Notes: generated by a model from the sequence alone, not told the origin. A stretch of 40,985 nt of DNA from a virus (IMGVR_UViG_2563366942_000017:1-40985), one strand, 5' to 3'. Shown: positions 27,324 through 35,960, numbered from the stretch's first letter. Made by a program: numbers and translations.

Positions 27324-28799
27324 TTAAGCATAGGGATCGTAATCTGTGATGGCCTTGCCTTGCTGGTTCTGCTGCCCGGGAATTTGCAGACGCTTAGACA
27401 CAGGGAACGCAAACGTCAGCAGTAGCGCATCGCCTTTACCCGGCGAACGCCCAATCCGCTCCTTGATATCTTCCTTCGGTTCGATAACGATTTTACCATC
27501 CACTCGAACTTTGTACTCTGCCGCCGACAGGTCGTCTGCTGTTTCCTGGTCATCCAGCATGCCGCCCAGCCTCAGCCATGTCTTGCATGAATTGAACATC
27601 TCCCCACGCTTGTTGAGCATCTGCGGGTCAGTAGACGCGCCACCGAACGGAACAAGTTGCCATGTACGACCCCATCCGTCACCGATTGACTTCAGACCGG
27701 TTCCGTAACCGAAGTCGATGAACACCGCGTCAGCCTGATACTGGTCTTCAAAGTCAGCGATACGCTTCGCCATAATCAGATCGTCGGTAGTCTTGTTGCC
27801 AGTCCACAGCACCTTACTGTGTAGCCCCTGCCGCAGGTATATCACCGCGTCATCAACGCCTGAATATGCTGGGTCAACACCGATTATCACCGGAGCATGC
27901 GCCACCTGCGCAGCGGTTACCACCCGTTTCATTGCCTCATCAGTAAGACCGGTAGGGATAAACTGCAATTCAGATGCATCAGGGAATATGCCGCGCACAC
28001 GGATTTTAACGAAGTCGCTGTCTTCCCCGTAGTCATCAACCCATTTCTGCAACTGCTGTTTGTTAGTGCCTTCCACCGTCCGGCTGTCAATCTGCGCAGT
28101 TTTCCAGCGGTGTTTATATTTGCGGAAACATTCGCGGAAACGCCCGGTGTTACGTGTAGGGTTTCCGAACGCCACCCAGATAATCTCAGTGTCTTCGTCC
28201 GTAAGCGCACCCTCAGCAACTTCCCACACCAGATCCGCAATGTTCGACGCTTCATCGAATACCACGATGATGCGTTTGCGCTCGTTGTGTAGTCCGGCGA
28301 ATGCCTCAGTGTTGTGCTCAGACCAGGGGATTGCGTCAGCTCGCCACCGCTTGTCGTGCCCAGGATCATTGCTGTACATCGCGGTAGCGGTACAGGTAAA
28401 CCAGTCTTTCGTGATAGCAAGGTTCGACCACTTGATAATTTCCGGCCAGGTCTTCGTTCGTAGCTGGTTGTCGGTGTTGGCGGTCACCACGACCTTACAA
28501 TCCTCGCAAGTGGACATGCCCCAGTTGATCAGCATTGAGATGAATGCGGATTTACCAATACCGTGACCAGAAGCGCGTGCCAGCATAAGCGGCTGATAGC
28601 GCGTCGCTGGATTCTGCAGGTGATCACGTATCTCTCGGAACGCATCAGCCTGCCACTGACGTGGGCCGGTAGCATGTGCCAGTTCAGTCCCTTCTTCCCC
28701 CCACGGGAACGCATAGAGGGCATAGCCAAGCGGATCGTGAGTGAACCCTGCAATATCCTCGATCAACTGCTCTTCAGGAGATAACGCTGTATCTGTCAC
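27324..28799 (-). CDS. Terminase large subunit
   Basis: 491 aa; Walker A-like GHGIGKS, ATPase and C-terminal nuclease-like regions; immediately downstream of small subunit with 4-nt overlap. Confidence 0.8.
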   Translation of the reverse strand: MTDTALSPEEQLIEDIAGFTHDPLGYALYAFPWGEEGTELAHATGPRQWQADAFREIRDHLQNPATRYQPLMLARASGHGIGKSAFISMLINWGMSTCEDCKVVVTANTDNQLRTKTWPEIIKWSNLAITKDWFTCTATAMYSNDPGHDKRWRADAIPWSEHNTEAFAGLHNERKRIIVVFDEASNIADLVWEVAEGALTDEDTEIIWVAFGNPTRNTGRFRECFRKYKHRWKTAQIDSRTVEGTNKQQLQKWVDDYGEDSDFVKIRVRGIFPDASELQFIPTGLTDEAMKRVVTAAQVAHAPVIIGVDPAYSGVDDAVIYLRQGLHSKVLWTGNKTTDDLIMAKRIADFEDQYQADAVFIDFGYGTGLKSIGDGWGRTWQLVPFGGASTDPQMLNKRGEMFNSCKTWLRLGGMLDDQETADDLSAAEYKVRVDGKIVIEPKEDIKERIGRSPGKGDALLLTFAFPVSKRLQIPGQQNQQGKAITDYDPYA

Positions 28800-29392
28800 T
28801 GATTGCCATCCTGACGTTCTTTCAGTCTCTTCCTGGCTGCCGCTATGCGATCAGCAATTGTCACATTCACATTAACATCCAGGCGTTCTTTGAACGCGTT
28901 GACATCAACATGCTTACCAATCAGCTCAAGGTTCTTCACCTTGTCAGGCCATTTAATTTTTTTGAGGATTGTCTCTATTGAATCCTCGTTCATGTTCATG
29001 ATGGTCGATGACAGATCAAAGCCACTAAGCGTAGTGCGCCAGATTTTCGGCCACTCACGGATTGGTTTAAGGCTCCCATCGTCGTTGAGGATGTCGATCA
29101 CGTCCATCTGGTCGATCTCCACCAGGCGCATGAGAACGTAATCAGCACTGACACGCATTCGTTTGTTGCGCTCCTCCATCAACTCGGCAATCCGTTTTTG
29201 AATGCGTTCATCGCGCATCATGACACTGGCTTTAACTGCCGCTGTATTTGGGGAGAATCCTGCGTTAATCGCTGCCTGAGTCTGGTTTTCAGGCGTTTTG
29301 ATGTATGACTGGCAATAAGCCTCCTGCATTGCTGTTAGTGGCTTAAATTGCGTTGATTTGCGTTTATAGGTTTTAGGTTCAGCAGGCATCAT
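28796..29392 (-). CDS. Terminase small subunit
   Basis: About 199 aa from internal ATG 29392 (ORF-track N-terminal extension is Thr-rich and spans operator repeats); basic helical protein upstream of large subunit. Confidence 0.6.
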   Translation of the reverse strand: MMPAEPKTYKRKSTQFKPLTAMQEAYCQSYIKTPENQTQAAINAGFSPNTAAVKASVMMRDERIQKRIAELMEERNKRMRVSADYVLMRLVEIDQMDVIDILNDDGSLKPIREWPKIWRTTLSGFDLSSTIMNMNEDSIETILKKIKWPDKVKNLELIGKHVDVNAFKERLDVNVNVTIADRIAAARKRLKERQDGNQ

Positions 29393-29409
29393 AACCACCG
29401 TGGTAATAG

Positions 29410-29424
29410 TTACCGTTGTGGTAA
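29410..29424. promoter_or_regulatory. Operator palindrome TTACC-N5-GGTAA (site H) at terS start
   Basis: TTACCgttgtGGTAA; flanked by imperfect copies TAACCaccgtGGTAA (29392-29406) and GGTAATAGTACC. Confidence 0.55.
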
Positions 29425-29435
29425 TAGTACCATGC

Positions 29436-29461
29436 AAAATAAAGCCGCCATAGTTGGCGGC
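29436..29461 (-). terminator. Rho-independent terminator upstream of terminase genes
   Basis: Minus strand GCCGCCA-acta-TGGCGGC followed by TTTATTTT. Confidence 0.55.
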
Positions 29462-29510
29462 AGTATTCAAAACCCGTCAAATTCATCATGCATAATCTAC
29501 TCGTGACATG

Positions 29511-29852
29511 TCACACTATTAATTTCGTTTCATGCCAGCCTTTAGTCACCCAGCATTGTGAGTCACCATTACACGGACATGAATTAACTGGAACTCTCTC
29601 GCCGCACTTACCGCAACGTGTTCTGCTGATCGATTTTATACGCCCGTGCACGCGTGCATCATCCTGGCGGATCAGTAACGCTATATACTCACCAAATTCG
29701 TAAGGCGCACGCCCGGGGCGACGCGTGGCACAGTTACGCTCCAGAATTTCAATTTCCTGAGCATCAAGCACAATCTCCAGCTTACGCACACCAGATGCAG
29801 CTTGTCTGGCTCTCTGAGCGGCTTTGCGCTCTGCTGCTGATTTAGCCATCAA
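29511..29852 (-). CDS. Hypothetical protein with C-terminal Cys-rich zinc-ribbon-like motif
   Basis: 113 aa; CGKCG...CPC motif; last gene before terminator and terminase block; possible late regulator (speculative). Confidence 0.4.
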   Translation of the reverse strand: MMAKSAAERKAAQRARQAASGVRKLEIVLDAQEIEILERNCATRRPGRAPYEFGEYIALLIRQDDARVHGRIKSISRTRCGKCGERVPVNSCPCNGDSQCWVTKGWHETKLIV

Positions 29853-30144
29853 TATTTACCTTTATCGCGAACACCTTTACCGGTTTATCACCGAAGTGCG
29901 GATGTGTGATTGTCTTTATTTCATATCCGTTATACGGGACGTCAATTCTGCGACTGAAGTCTTCGCGCTTCGGATATCCCTTTGTGATAATCAGGCGGTA
30001 ATACTTACGGTTAACGAGGCGCTTATTCCAGTAGTCATTACACAGGCGATACTCTTCCGTTTTCTCCCCGCGAATCATGGCATCGAAGTATTCACCTTTA
30101 ACGGCAAGTTGCAGGTTAGCCATTACCTCACCTCCAGTCTCCAT
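29842..30144 (-). CDS. Hypothetical protein, possibly ASCH/PUA-like
   Basis: About 95 aa; AVKGEYFDAMIRGEKTEEYR resembles ASCH GxKxxExR motif; alternative start at 30123. Confidence 0.35.
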   Translation of the reverse strand: METGGEVMANLQLAVKGEYFDAMIRGEKTEEYRLCNDYWNKRLVNRKYYRLIITKGYPKREDFSRRIDVPYNGYEIKTITHPHFGDKPVKVFAIKVNIDG

Positions 30145-30383
30145 ACCGCCTGACCAATCCGGCTGGCATGGGTATCTTTGGATACTGTTCCGTCTTTAGC
30201 CAGCTCCATAAGAATTTTGCGCAAATCTGCCGAACGCCATTCTTCATCAGGAAATTCCTTCTCCATTGCCAACCGCAGATTCCAGGTTGCCATCCTGAAT
30301 GGATATTCCCCGCCGAGAGCTTTATCTTGCAGGGCAGCCCGGGAACGCATCACCTGCAAAACCTTCTCTTTTACATCCATCAT
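30123..30383 (-). CDS. Hypothetical protein
   Basis: 86-aa ORF coupled to neighbours in nin-like region. Confidence 0.4.
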   Translation of the reverse strand: MMDVKEKVLQVMRSRAALQDKALGGEYPFRMATWNLRLAMEKEFPDEEWRSADLRKILMELAKDGTVSKDTHASRIGQAVWRLEVR

Positions 30384-30997
30384 TTCACCTCCTGCGGTGG
30401 CTCCGGTAGCGGCATCCAGTGGGTTACTTTCAATGCCGGTTCTTCCCCATCGTCAGTAACTGCCCACCATTTGTTTCTCGAACAATCGTAATACCCTTCG
30501 AAGGTATCGCACTCAGTCCAGCCGTAAGACTTACCCCAACACCAAACATATTGTTTATCGTTCGGCATTCGCTCACTACAGCTTATCCAACCATCCGGAG
30601 TTACCGGAGAGTTGCCAGACAGCTTGTTCAACTTGTAAGTCTGGCTTACAGGTTTGACACCGTGAAGCATGGTGGCGCGGCAGGCGTTCCAGCCTTCATC
30701 AAAACCGACTATGCCATTATTTAAAGTCGGACGAGCATCTGGCACCACCGGCACTGGCTTGGCTATATATAGCGGCTGAACATACCAGCCCTTTGATAAC
30801 CAACTGTCAGCAATGTTTTTACTCCTGGTTATTGCTGGAATACCTAAGCCATTGTCTGAATGTAGCCATGCCACCGGCTCCTCTTCCAGCGATGCCAGTG
30901 CAATTCGTGCCAGTTCCATTTGTTCGCCACGAGTAAGTCCGTTATCAAGCGGATTTTTAATGAATAATTCGATACGTTCTTTGGTTATAGCGCTCAT
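30380..30997 (-). CDS. DUF551-type phage protein
   Basis: C-terminal W-x-PLPEPP motif characteristic of DUF551 proteins. Confidence 0.55.
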   Translation of the reverse strand: MSAITKERIELFIKNPLDNGLTRGEQMELARIALASLEEEPVAWLHSDNGLGIPAITRSKNIADSWLSKGWYVQPLYIAKPVPVVPDARPTLNNGIVGFDEGWNACRATMLHGVKPVSQTYKLNKLSGNSPVTPDGWISCSERMPNDKQYVWCWGKSYGWTECDTFEGYYDCSRNKWWAVTDDGEEPALKVTHWMPLPEPPQEVK

Positions 30998-30998
30998 A

Positions 30999-31607
30999 TC
31001 ACTCTCCTTTGATGCGAATGCCAGTAGCGCGGATTGCAGCGATGACCTCAGAAACTTTGTATGCCATTACCGTTTGGTAATCCTCGTGAAAATCTGTTCG
31101 ATGAAGCATGCTGCTACGTTCTGGGAGCAGTATTTCCCGATCCTCCAGTTCTGCAATGCGCTTCTCTGCGGCTTCCAGCTTCTCGCGCATATCGTCAACG
31201 TACTCGACCAGAGAACCGCCAGCAGGAATTTCGCACTCCTCGACCAGTTGGAAGTAGATATCAGCTGCGGCCCGTGTGTTGCTATGCCTAGCGTCGCCCA
31301 TCTCACCTTCACGAAGAGCATCGCGTTCGGCGGTAAGATTGGCTATTTTGCTGTCTTTGCCTTCCAGCTCAACGCGCAGCCTCCCTACCGTTAGCGCAAT
31401 TTCCTCGTTCTCCTGGTCGCGGCGTTTGATGTATTGCTGGTTTCTTTCCAGTTCATCCAGCAGTGCCAGCGCGATATCTGGCGAAAAGTGCTTCATAAAA
31501 TCGTTAAGCGCATTAATTCGCTGATCGAAGGGCATTACAGGTGCTTCACCAGCAATTTTTGTTTTTTCAGCGATTTCACGAAGCTTTTGATAATCAATCT
31601 TGCTCAC
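30999..31607 (-). CDS. Coiled-coil hypothetical protein (Ead/Ea22-like?)
   Basis: 202 aa, Glu/Arg/Leu-rich helical repeats. Confidence 0.4.
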   Translation of the reverse strand: MSKIDYQKLREIAEKTKIAGEAPVMPFDQRINALNDFMKHFSPDIALALLDELERNQQYIKRRDQENEEIALTVGRLRVELEGKDSKIANLTAERDALREGEMGDARHSNTRAAADIYFQLVEECEIPAGGSLVEYVDDMREKLEAAEKRIAELEDREILLPERSSMLHRTDFHEDYQTVMAYKVSEVIAAIRATGIRIKGE

Positions 31608-31911
31608 TGGTTGCCTCCTTTGCTGGGCTTTCTAACTTCTGAGTGGTTGTATCAAACTCAAACAACTTAACCACGTCATCAAACAGGACATAATCGCCAT
31701 CAGAATCTTCAGTCATGTCAGCGCCACAATCCTGACCGCACGAGTCACAACCATCCATATCAAGCTCGTATCGCTTCAGGTTTGCGATATTTGATAAATT
31801 CAGCGCCAGTACAGCTAGGTCATAAACCTCGTCAGCGGTATATCCTGCACCATGTCCATACATTTCAATGCGGGATATGATTTCTTCTACCCGTTGTTTT
31901 GTGATTGTCAT
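31594..31911 (-). CDS. Hypothetical acidic protein
   Basis: 105-aa ORF, overlaps neighbours by a few codons. Confidence 0.4.
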   Translation of the reverse strand: MTITKQRVEEIISRIEMYGHGAGYTADEVYDLAVLALNLSNIANLKRYELDMDGCDSCGQDCGADMTEDSDGDYVLFDDVVKLFEFDTTTQKLESPAKEATSEQD

Positions 31912-32369
31912 TTTTGCTCACCACTCTGTTCTTCCAGAAAAATACGCATAGCCTCAAGCATCTCTTCGGTGTCATACGGAGACAGCTTGTCACGCAGGAT
32001 GTGTTCAATGCTGTTAATGAACTTGCGGATTGCTTTGCGTTCAATTTCAGCCAGGAAAGCATCGGTGGCTGGCATATTTCCTGTTGCCTTCATGGCCTCC
32101 AAAATAACCAGAACGCCATCTCGCCCAACCACCTCAGCGATAACCTCAGTGTTGTCGCCAACAACATCGCAGAATGCCTGAACTGCCTTACGAGCCAGCT
32201 CATTCTCCACTGCCAGCGCATTAGCACGCACCAGTTGCACTTCCAGTTGCGTTGCCAAATCGCTGATCAGCTTTGCCACACTGCGCATATCAACGGCACC
32301 ACATTCTGCTTTCAGTTCCGAAGCCATCTCATGCCCGGCGGAAACTAACCCTTTGATATTACTTTCCAT
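31908..32369 (-). CDS. Hypothetical protein
   Basis: 153-aa ORF in nin-like block. Confidence 0.4.
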   Translation of the reverse strand: MESNIKGLVSAGHEMASELKAECGAVDMRSVAKLISDLATQLEVQLVRANALAVENELARKAVQAFCDVVGDNTEVIAEVVGRDGVLVILEAMKATGNMPATDAFLAEIERKAIRKFINSIEHILRDKLSPYDTEEMLEAMRIFLEEQSGEQK

Positions 32370-32430
32370 CTTTACCTTCGCTTATCCACATAACTTATTG
32401 ATTACATTGATAACTAAAAAGATCGTCGAT

Positions 32431-32775
32431 TCAGAACTCTTCGATGTTCCAGCCACCACCTGCTTTCTTTGGCTTAACCGTTACCCCGATGATTCGGAAC
32501 GGATACTGATCTGCGGCGACTTTGGTTTTCACCCTGGCGTCGTCGGTCCAGAAACCTTTCACTTCGTGCAGTTCCATCTCGCCGGTGGCGAGCATCACAG
32601 CGAAATCTGGCGTATAGAACGTGTTGTCAGCTAACCGCAGCTTGATACCCTCGAATCGATACCAGACGATTTCTCCTGCACGTTTACGCATCTCAAGGTG
32701 CTGACAATACGCAGATTCTGTTTTGTTCATCTGGCCTGTTTTGAGTCGACCAAGAGCCTGTATCTGTTTTCTCAT
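32431..32775 (-). CDS. DUF1064-like phage protein
   Basis: 114 aa; pattern recalled from lambdoid nin-region proteins; operator D1 overlaps its SD. Confidence 0.45.
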   Translation of the reverse strand: MRKQIQALGRLKTGQMNKTESAYCQHLEMRKRAGEIVWYRFEGIKLRLADNTFYTPDFAVMLATGEMELHEVKGFWTDDARVKTKVAADQYPFRIIGVTVKPKKAGGGWNIEEF

Positions 32776-32778
32776 GAT

Positions 32779-32793
32779 TTACCCCTGAGGTAA
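32779..32793. promoter_or_regulatory. Operator palindrome TTACC-N5-GGTAA (site D1)
   Basis: TTTACCcctgaGGTAAT 4 nt upstream of the start codon of gene 32431..32775. Confidence 0.55.
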
Positions 32794-32840
32794 TTAAAAA
32801 CCACATAAGACACGAAATCAATAGATTTTAGAATATTTTA

Positions 32841-32855
32841 TTACCTCATAGGTAA
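32841..32855. promoter_or_regulatory. Operator palindrome TTACC-N5-GGTAA (site D2)
   Basis: ATTACCtcataGGTAAT; TTGATT-17-TTTAAT promoter-like hexamers lie between D2 and D1 on minus strand. Confidence 0.55.
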
Positions 32856-32892
32856 TTATTGAGACGTAAAAAAATGCGCTATCGCGCTGGTA

Positions 32893-33693
32893 TTACTTGA
32901 TAAATCCTGCCGCCTTTCCCCGCCTGTATTCCTCCATCAGCCACTGCGCCGGTGTTATTCCCCCCAGGGTAGCGGCGTTAGGCATACACCCGAAACTTCG
33001 CCCTGGTGGATGGTAAACGTCTCTCCCTGTGTCCGGAGGCGTACTCATGGGTTCTGACTTTGCCTGTATGCTGATCACCGGATCGGGTATCTGCTGTCCG
33101 GAAGCCACCTTTTTCGCCCAATCATCAAGCAGCCTGCGCGCGTGTTTCTCAACCTCAATCTCGCTAAGCTGGCGCTGATACATTGCACGGCGGGTATCAC
33201 ATACGACCCAGTACATAACCGGATGCCGCCACGGGAATCTTTCGGGACCACCAGGATATAAACTTTTTTCCTTGCTGTACCGGTGAAACTCCGCCATCAC
33301 ATCGTCAATGGTGACGCCAAGAACCATCTTGCTGTCTTTACACCACTTGATAAATTTCCCTGGCGACGGCCAGAACGGAGATTCACTGGCGCGGGCGTGG
33401 CGCATACCAGCAGAAACCTGTTCACGGGTTCGGATCCCCCCTTCGGCAAACGCAGCAATCCACTGCTGTTTTGCAGCAACTTCCTGCTCTGGCGTCTTCA
33501 GGTTGGTTACCACTGCCGCCGGAAACAGTTGTTTCAGCTGTTTGAAAAGGGCATCAACAAGCCTCTCTGCTGACATGTTCACTACGTTGTCATTGTTGGT
33601 GTACTGATGCTCATAACCTGACATGCGAGAAAGGGCTTCTCCGTCACGGTTTTGTATTGCGGTAAAAACGTTGTTCACAAGAAATCCTCCCAC
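32893..33693 (-). CDS. Replication protein P-like (helicase loader)
   Basis: Similarity recalled to lambda P (WxAAF.E.GI.T.EQV.AGMR.AR....F.PSPG.F..WC); start uncertain (in-frame ATGs also at 33624 and 33576). Confidence 0.6.
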   Translation of the reverse strand: MGGFLVNNVFTAIQNRDGEALSRMSGYEHQYTNNDNVVNMSAERLVDALFKQLKQLFPAAVVTNLKTPEQEVAAKQQWIAAFAEGGIRTREQVSAGMRHARASESPFWPSPGKFIKWCKDSKMVLGVTIDDVMAEFHRYSKEKSLYPGGPERFPWRHPVMYWVVCDTRRAMYQRQLSEIEVEKHARRLLDDWAKKVASGQQIPDPVISIQAKSEPMSTPPDTGRDVYHPPGRSFGCMPNAATLGGITPAQWLMEEYRRGKAAGFIK

Positions 33694-34490
33694 GCTTCAG
33701 GGCTGTTCCAGTGCGGAACGTTGTTATCAGGTAATGTTGATTGCTTCTGTCTGCTAATCTGCAGCCGCCTTGCCAGCTTCTGCTCCCACTGTGCCTGATG
33801 GTATGCCTTACCCTCAGCCATCCAGTAAATTCTGAACTCTGCAAGTTCCTGTGCCGTTGGCAGACTGTCCAGGTAGATTCCCTGCAATGAGCTTTTCCGA
33901 AGAAAGTCATCTGATGGCTGCCATTGTTCATGCATGACAAATTTGCCTAATTGCCCTGGCCCACCAGGAGGAACAAAGTTATTCATCACGGCGTTGTTTG
34001 CACCGGGGTCATGAGGCACAGAATCCCCGCTTTTTGTCCTGCTCTCCCTCTCTTGGTTAAATGACTGGTTATATGACTGGTTCTGGATCCCGTTTTTGGG
34101 ATCATTCAACATCCCGTTTTTGGGATCATTCAACATCCCGTTTTTGGGTATATTCCCGTTTTCGGTAACATTACCGTTTTCGGGTTCATTACCCCCTTCC
34201 CGGTTGCCTTTAATGTTCCCGTTTTTGGTTATATTAAGAGAGAAAACCCGCACTCTTTTCGTCGCTCCCTTTCTCTCTCCGGTATCTGAAATAAGCCCCA
34301 TTTTCATGAGCGATATAAGCCCGGCCTGCACGGTTTTTTTGTTCAGGCAAGTGTCTTTAACGAGGCGTTCTATGCTGGGGTAGCAGAGGTTATATTCATC
34401 GGCTCTGTCAGCCATCGAGAGCAGTATGAGCTTTAATGACGAGCTACCTGGATCTGTCTCCCAGGCCCAATCTGTTGCATGTCTGCTCAT
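33675..34490 (-). CDS. Replication initiator O-like protein (contains origin iterons)
   Basis: N-terminal winged-helix-like region; central residues NGNI/PKNGMLND repeats are translations of DNA iterons; immediately upstream of P-like gene. Confidence 0.6.
   Translation of the reverse strand: MSRHATDWAWETDPGSSSLKLILLSMADRADEYNLCYPSIERLVKDTCLNKKTVQAGLISLMKMGLISDTGERKGATKRVRVFSLNITKNGNIKGNREGGNEPENGNVTENGNIPKNGMLNDPKNGMLNDPKNGIQNQSYNQSFNQERESRTKSGDSVPHDPGANNAVMNNFVPPGGPGQLGKFVMHEQWQPSDDFLRKSSLQGIYLDSLPTAQELAEFRIYWMAEGKAYHQAQWEQKLARRLQISRQKQSTLPDNNVPHWNSPEAWEDFL
34087..34235. repeat. Iteron array (putative replication origin) inside O-like gene
   Basis: Six direct repeats of consensus (A/C)CCGTTTT(T/C)GG: two 24-bp units ATCCCGTTTTTGGGATCATTCAAC, then four shorter units. 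Confidence 0.65.
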
Positions 34491-34505
34491 GATTAATCTC
34501 CGCTA

Positions 34506-34706
34506 TCAGCTTGAATGTTGTGGGGAGGAATTAATCATGATCTGCTTAATCTCTGCCCTGATACGACGGTTTGATTCCATGGTGCACTCAACACAGTGTC
34601 CGTTGTAAACCCAGCGTTCACTGTCATGTCCGTGCTTACATGTTTTTCCGGTGTAGTAGCGTTTAAGTCCGCGCTTTGCGGCATCAATACGTGTAATGAT
34701 TTCCAT
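34506..34706 (-). CDS. Small Cys-rich (zinc-finger-like) protein
   Basis: Internal ATG 34706 with AGGG SD; motif CKHGHDSERWVYNGHCVEC. Confidence 0.35.
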   Translation of the reverse strand: MEIITRIDAAKRGLKRYYTGKTCKHGHDSERWVYNGHCVECTMESNRRIRAEIKQIMINSSPQHSS

Positions 34707-34786
34707 GGTAAGCCCTGTTATTAGTATTGGGATTACGGTTATTTTGTGCTGACACAAAAAAAAGATCAACCATATTTGGTTTTTTA

Positions 34787-34801
34787 TTACCTTTGAGGTA
34801 C
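34787..34801. promoter_or_regulatory. Operator-like palindrome (site E, imperfect)
   Basis: ATTACCtttgaGGTACG, one mismatch in right half. Confidence 0.4.
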
Positions 34802-34810
34802 GAATAGATA

Positions 34811-34834
34811 TGAAAAGACCGCCGGATGGCGGTC
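34811..34834 (-). terminator. Rho-independent terminator after cro-like gene
   Basis: GACCGCC-atcc-GGCGGTC hairpin with TTTTCA on minus strand. Confidence 0.5.
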
Positions 34835-34856
34835 TACAGAGGGTTGTGGCTGGATA

Positions 34857-35087
34857 TCATGAGTAGAAGAAGTATGCCAGTTCTGCTTTTGAGCGCAGCC
34901 ATTGTCTTGATTTACAGGCTTTAAAAAGCCCATCCATCAATACCTTACCTGGCATTTTGCGCTTACCTGTTAAGTGAGTCTGGATATAGTGACTCGTCGT
35001 TCCGGCTTCCTGTGCGAAGGCTTCACGCTCATCCGGAGTAAGTGCAAGCCAGTGCTTTTTGAAATCGAAATGTCCGTTATCGCTCAT
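34857..35087 (-). CDS. Cro-like HTH regulator
   Basis: 76 aa, first gene of rightward-equivalent early operon, divergent from repressor; HTH-like segment TSHYIQTHLTGKRKMPGKVL. Confidence 0.5.
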   Translation of the reverse strand: MSDNGHFDFKKHWLALTPDEREAFAQEAGTTSHYIQTHLTGKRKMPGKVLMDGLFKACKSRQWLRSKAELAYFFYS

Positions 35088-35123
35088 AGCTATTGCCTGA
35101 TATTTATTTCAGATAATAAATAT

Positions 35124-35186
35124 TCACCCATAAGGTAACAAAAATCAAGGATAGTTACCTATGGGGTGCATTTACCTGTTGGGTAA
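35124..35186. promoter_or_regulatory. OR-like switch region with three operator sites
   Basis: TCACCcataaGGTAA (35124-35138), TTACCtatggGGTGC (35155-35169), TTACCtgttgGGTAA (35172-35186) between divergent cro-like and repressor genes. Confidence 0.6.
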
Positions 35187-35241
35187 TATTGCTTTAAATT
35201 GAATCATCTACTGATTCATATATGAGGCGATTTTCCAGAAA

Positions 35242-35826
35242 ATGAAAAGTATCCAGGACGTCCGCAGGCAAAATCTCAACGACTTGATCGACCGTGAATT
35301 CAATGGTGTTCAGACGCGGATGGCTGAAAAACTTGGAACTCAGGCAAATCTGGTAAACCGCTGGGCTCTTGGCAAGAAGGTTATCGGCGACCAGGTTGCG
35401 CGAAAAATTGAAGCTGCCGCCAATAAACCCCGTAACTGGCTTGATATCGATCGCTCGCTTTCTCAGGAAGGTTTTCAGCCTGTCGGACCAAGCGACATTG
35501 GTCAACTGGCGGCTCACAACCTGGAACGCTGGATGAGCGAAAGCCGCGACCTTTCAACGCAGGGAAAACTTCACCGCGCATCCGGCGTCGCCCAGGTAAC
35601 AATCAGCCGCCTGTTAAACAATGAGGTCAGCGTTTCCATTTCCACCCTGGAGAATGTTGCATCCGCATTTGGGCGTCACGGATATGAATTACTGATTCAC
35701 CCGCACGACCCCGCGACTATCAACTATGACCGCTCGCGCTACGCATTGTTACCTGAAACAGAGAAGGCAAAGATCGAAAGTTACATTGAATTTGTCATCA
35801 ACCAGAACGAAAAAAACAAACAATAA
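35242..35826 (+). CDS. Prophage repressor candidate (two HTH regions, no peptidase S24 domain)
   Basis: N-terminal CI-type HTH (QTRMAEKLGTQANLVNRWALGKK) and a second XRE-like HTH (LHRASGVAQVTISRLLNNE); divergent from cro-like; flanked by operator clusters; no Ser-Lys autocleavage motif. Confidence 0.55.
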   Translation: MKSIQDVRRQNLNDLIDREFNGVQTRMAEKLGTQANLVNRWALGKKVIGDQVARKIEAAANKPRNWLDIDRSLSQEGFQPVGPSDIGQLAAHNLERWMSESRDLSTQGKLHRASGVAQVTISRLLNNEVSVSISTLENVASAFGRHGYELLIHPHDPATINYDRSRYALLPETEKAKIESYIEFVINQNEKNKQ

Positions 35827-35847
35827 AACCATATTTTTCAGTAAGTA

Positions 35848-35872
35848 AGCCGCCTTATGGCGGCTTTTTTAT
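35848..35872 (+). terminator. Rho-independent terminator after repressor gene
   Basis: AGCCGCC-ttat-GGCGGCT followed by TTTTTT. Confidence 0.65.
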
Positions 35873-35883
35873 TGCCTATTCGA

Positions 35884-35960
35884 TTACCTAACGGGTAATT
35901 TTTTTAACTCATATCTATTGACATCAAACCAGATACGCATAATTATTACCTCAACGGTAA
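35884..35960. promoter_or_regulatory. OL-like promoter/operator region (sites G1, G2)
   Basis: ATTACCtaacgGGTAAT (35884-35898); TTGACA at 35918-35923; ATTACCtcaacGGTAAC (35946-35960) overlapping -10/+1. Confidence 0.6.

Noticed and set aside
33675-34490. Amino-acid repeats (NGNI/PKNGMLND) in the O-like protein as a separate repeat-protein gene
   Set aside because: They are the translation of DNA iterons within the initiator gene, not an independent feature
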